IMG/VR virus record: IMGVR_UViG_2703718855_000006
Origin: a virus
Lineage: Duplodnaviria; Heunggongvirae; Uroviricota; Caudoviricetes
Reading direction: 5' to 3' (one strand)
Length of the DNA stretch: 9,008 nt
Of the stretch, positions 6,306 to 9,008 are shown one piece after another (position 1 is the stretch's first letter; every line of letters begins with the position of its first letter). Below the pieces are notes generated by a model, which was not told the origin of the DNA, did no database searches, and worked only from the letters and a program-made list of their open reading frames with translations. Made by a program: the position numbers and the translations under genes.

Positions 6306-6349
6306 GGTACCAGTTTGTACCCTTGCTTCCGGCTGGTACCATCCTTTTT
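6306..6349 (+). terminator. Stem-loop with T-tract (candidate plus-strand terminator or RNA 3' end) inside the ORF-poor region upstream of xis
   Basis: GGTACCAG (6306-6313), a 19-nt loop, CTGGTACC (6333-6340), then ATCCTTTTTAC. No T-run on the opposite strand. Confidence 0.45.
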
Positions 6350-6511
6350 ACAAAACAGAGAAGAGCATCACCGGACGACGGGCTCATAACCCAATCCATC
6401 CATGCGGCAGTCATCGCAGGTGTTCTTCTCTGTTTTGTGGAGAAACTAACCGACCTTGCAGGGTCGATATGCAGAGACTGAACAGTTATTGAAGTAATAA
6501 GGTGATCGCAT

Positions 6512-6757
6512 ATGCTTCAAATGTTAACTCTTGAAGAATGGGCTTCTGAAAAATACAGAAGTAATCCTCCAAGCGTTTCCACGTTGCGTCGTTATGCTAA
6601 GCAGAATTTGTTTTGTCCACCGGCAATGAAACAAGGTCGGTTATGGCGAGTGCGTGAGGACGCCGAGTTAGTTGGAGAGCTGGTAACACCAGTAATTAAG
6701 AAAAATGACTCATTACTTTTGCAACGGATTTTGAGTGATGGCAGCCAGACCGCGTAA
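6512..6757 (+). CDS. xis: Excisionase, lambda Xis family (81 aa)
   Basis: MLQMLTLEEWASEKYRSNPPSVSTLRRYAKQNLFCPPAMKQGRLWRV parallels lambda Xis (MYLTLQEWNARQRRPRSLETVRRWVRECRIFPPPVKDGREYLF). AAGGTGAT Shine-Dalgarno upstream. Overlaps the int start by 20 nt; length and overlap match e14 xisE. Confidence 0.85.
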   Translation: MLQMLTLEEWASEKYRSNPPSVSTLRRYAKQNLFCPPAMKQGRLWRVREDAELVGELVTPVIKKNDSLLLQRILSDGSQTA

Positions 6758-7865
6758 GAATAATGTTTCAGTCCCTAACTTATATCCGCTTTATAGCCGA
6801 AAGGTAAATAAAGTCTATTGGCGGTATAAGCATCCAATAACAGGGAAATTCCATGCTTTGGGAACAAACGAAGCTGAAGCTATCGCTATTGCCACTGAAG
6901 CCAATACGCGCCTGGCTGAACAAAGAACCCGGCAGATTCTGGCCATCAGTGACAGGATCGCAACCAGCAAAGGGAAAGCAATCACAACGTCAACTTGGTT
7001 AGATCGCTATCAAGCGATCCAGAATGACAGGCTGAAAAGTGGTGATATAAAGCTCAACACCTACAAGCAGAAAGCCAAACCTGTCTCCTTACTTAGAGAA
7101 CGGGCAGGATTGAAGCTAATTTCAGCTGTTGATGTCCGGGATATTGCACAATTACTTGATGAGTATATTGCCGCTGGGCAACCGAGAATGGCACAAGTAG
7201 TTCGCTCCGTCCTGATTGATGTTTTCAAAGAGGCGCAGCACTACGGAGAAGTACCTCCTGGCTATAACCCTGCATTAGCTACTAAACAGCCAAGAAGAAA
7301 AATTACCCGACAACGGCTGAGCCTCGAAGAATGGAAAAAAATATTCGATATCGCAGATGCCAGCCATCGTTACATGGGAAATGCCATGCTGCTAGCCTTG
7401 GTTACTGGTCAGCGGTTAGGTGATATTTCACGTATGAAATTTAGCGATATTTGGGATGATCATCTTCATGTCGTACAAGAAAAGACAGGGAGCAAAATCG
7501 CAATTCCGCTTTCTCTTCGCCTCAATGCGATTAACTGGAGTTTACGTGATGTAGTAGCTCGCTGCCGTGACTATGCAGTCAGCCCATACTTAGTGCATTT
7601 TTTCCGTTCAACTTCGCAGGCAGAACGTGGAGCACAGGTAAAATCCAATACATTGACGATGAATTTTAGTAAAGCAAGAGATTTAGCAGAAATTAACTGG
7701 GGGGAAGGTTCACCTGCCACATTCCATGAGCAACGATCTTTATCTGAACGCCTTTACAAGGAACAGGGATTAGATACACAAAAACTACTTGGTCACAAAA
7801 CACAGCAACAAACCGATCGTTATCATGATGACCGTGGGAAAGGCTGGAGCAAAGTAGCTTTGTGA
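6738..7865 (+). CDS. int: Tyrosine site-specific integrase (lambda Int family, e14 IntE-like)
   Basis: 375 aa from the ATG at 6738 (the ORF track begins at GTG 6735). N-terminal arm-binding-type domain. Catalytic signature: TGQRLGDI (box I Arg), HEQRSLSERL (H-x-x-R), LLGHKTQQQTDRYHDD (nucleophile Tyr). Confidence 0.92.
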   Translation: MAARPRKNNVSVPNLYPLYSRKVNKVYWRYKHPITGKFHALGTNEAEAIAIATEANTRLAEQRTRQILAISDRIATSKGKAITTSTWLDRYQAIQNDRLKSGDIKLNTYKQKAKPVSLLRERAGLKLISAVDVRDIAQLLDEYIAAGQPRMAQVVRSVLIDVFKEAQHYGEVPPGYNPALATKQPRRKITRQRLSLEEWKKIFDIADASHRYMGNAMLLALVTGQRLGDISRMKFSDIWDDHLHVVQEKTGSKIAIPLSLRLNAINWSLRDVVARCRDYAVSPYLVHFFRSTSQAERGAQVKSNTLTMNFSKARDLAEINWGEGSPATFHEQRSLSERLYKEQGLDTQKLLGHKTQQQTDRYHDDRGKGWSKVAL

Positions 7866-7925
7866 AAATTCAAGCGATTCAACGCCATCTTGATTTTCTT
7901 AACACTCATGAAAAAGCTTCAAACA

Positions 7926-7949
7926 GTCCGCTTAGAGCGAGAAGCGGAC
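7926..7949 (-). terminator. Hairpin between the convergent int and 309-aa genes, with a better T-tract on the minus strand
   Basis: GTCCGCTT agagcgag AAGCGGAC; the minus strand continues TGTTTGAAGCTTTTT. It lies about 130 nt downstream of the 309-aa gene stop. Confidence 0.4.
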
Positions 7950-8078
7950 ATTAAAATCTGCTTCTCCAAAAAATTTTCAGGGTCTTAGCGATATTTTCAG
8001 CTCAAACACTATTCACAATGCGGACTTGGGTTCTCTCATTTTCTATCGTACAGAACAACTAGTTTTATGCTTCACAAG

Positions 8079-9008
8079 CTAATTCTCTTTTATTAATTTC
8101 AGGGAATTACAGAGATTGGCAATTTTAGATTTGCATTCGAGAATAGTTATTGCTTTCTTTATTTCTCTGCATTTATTTAATCTTGCATTGAATACTAACC
8201 TTTCAAAATTATTTATCAGCTTATTTTGAGGTTCTGAGCAGCGCAGCTTATATAGTTTAAACAACCCAGTTCTTTGATAGTCATATCCATACTTTGACAA
8301 AAAGGCCATCAGGATAAAATGGAAACAGTTAATTAAATGCCATTTATTGCAAGATTTGTCACTCATTATGGTGGATATGTACTTGCAAACCTGTGTATAG
8401 TCTAATTCAGACTCTGATTTAGATTTGAATTCTGAATAAGTAATAACTCCTGTAGGTGTAATCATTTTTTCCACAATACTAATAAGGTCATCCTTGAAAA
8501 AATGGTCTACAGCATGCTCATTATCATAACCAGTCCCACTCAACATCGAAGCATCGCAAAATATATTTTGCATGGTTTTAATATACTTCACAAAATAAAT
8601 ATCGTTCTTTTCTGAAAGTGTTACATCTAAATATATCAACTCTCTTTCGAACTTTATACACCAAGCATAAAATGCTAAAAATTGATAACAAAAAGTTTGT
8701 AGGTAATATTTATCACCAATTGATTCATTATTTTTGTAATTATGCCATCCTTTAGTGCAATTTCCTGAAAAATTCCACAACCTATGATTCAATGACTCAG
8801 CTGAATCGAGTAAAGGCATTTTATATTTTGATATCGCCTCTTTGATTTTCTTCTTTTGTTCGTAGCTATGTTCAACTTTGATTTTGTAAACAATGAAATA
8901 TTTATTCCATAAAGGTGTGCATACACCTTTTATAAAAAATAATAAAACCGTAACTAATGCAGATACTAGTGCCGCCATAACAGCAGGAGCTGAAGTTATT
9001 TCAGACAT
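8079..9008 (-). CDS. Hypothetical membrane-anchored protein (309 aa), AT-rich cargo gene in the slot that holds lit in e14; candidate phage-exclusion or defence protein
   Basis: ORF track 8079..9008. Predicted N-terminal transmembrane helix (APAVMAALVSALVTVLLFFIKGV). Roughly 25-30% GC on sampled lines versus about 55% in int. Convergent with int. No HEXXH motif, so it is not the Lit metalloprotease. The start codon coincides with the window end, so the true N-terminus and promoter are not visible. Confidence 0.7.
   Translation of the reverse strand: MSEITSAPAVMAALVSALVTVLLFFIKGVCTPLWNKYFIVYKIKVEHSYEQKKKIKEAISKYKMPLLDSAESLNHRLWNFSGNCTKGWHNYKNNESIGDKYYLQTFCYQFLAFYAWCIKFERELIYLDVTLSEKNDIYFVKYIKTMQNIFCDASMLSGTGYDNEHAVDHFFKDDLISIVEKMITPTGVITYSEFKSKSESELDYTQVCKYISTIMSDKSCNKWHLINCFHFILMAFLSKYGYDYQRTGLFKLYKLRCSEPQNKLINNFERLVFNARLNKCREIKKAITILECKSKIANLCNSLKLIKEN

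Larger units (their letters stand above)
1..9008. mobile_element. e14-like lambdoid prophage segment (integration, immunity and replication modules); neither prophage end nor an attachment site is visible in the window
   Basis: Integrase with overlapping Xis, divergent CI-like/Cro-like pair with operator palindromes, O-like replication initiator with iterons, phage Dam methylase. Gene order, sizes (Int 375 aa from the ATG, Xis 81 aa, Cro 66 aa, YmfM-like 112 aa) and the 20-nt xis/int overlap match what I recall of e14 in E. coli K-12. Confidence 0.85.

Noticed and set aside
6102-6492. Overlapping ORFs of 95, 107, 74 and 114 aa in the GC-rich region upstream of xis
   Set aside because: They overlap in several frames, have Arg/Pro/Cys-rich non-protein-like composition and lack convincing start sites; the region is better explained as non-coding.
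7866-8078. Search for the prophage attachment site or a tRNA next to int
   Set aside because: No tRNA-like sequence or obvious core repeat is present; in e14 the att site lies in icd beyond the cargo genes, so it would be outside this window.
8079-9008. Identification of the int-adjacent gene as lit
   Set aside because: Lit is an HEXXH zinc metalloprotease; this protein has no HEXXH motif and has an N-terminal transmembrane helix, so it is a different gene in the same slot.

Overview
The window reads as the integration, immunity and early/replication region of an e14-like lambdoid prophage from an enterobacterial (E. coli-like) genome, in the opposite orientation to the E. coli K-12 e14 map. 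All calls rest on reading the sequence and the supplied ORF track by eye, with no searches run. From right to left: an AT-rich 309-aa membrane-anchored gene (8079-9008, minus) sits convergent to a tyrosine integrase (6738-7865) that overlaps a lambda-Xis-like excisionase (6512-6757) by 20 nt, as intE/xisE do in e14. Next comes a ~490-bp ORF-poor, GC-rich structured region, then an AT-rich convergent pair of small genes (144 aa minus, 68 aa plus). The immunity core is a CI/LexA-type repressor (4532-5158) divergent from a Cro-like gene (4234-4434), with CTAAG-N4-CTTAG operator-like palindromes on both sides of the repressor. A tightly coupled minus-strand operon follows: YmfL-like, YmfM-like (112 aa), an O-like replication initiator with an internal 15-bp tandem iteron array, a PerC-like protein, a phage Dam-family N6-adenine methyltransferase (NPPY motif), a LexA-DBD-like reading frame broken across three frames, a 162-aa glycine-rich protein and the start of a further gene running off the window. 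The candidates for something undescribed are the 309-aa gene in the slot e14 uses for lit, the 144/68-aa convergent pair, and the structured non-coding region upstream of xis. Product names for hypothetical proteins are inferences from motifs and synteny.
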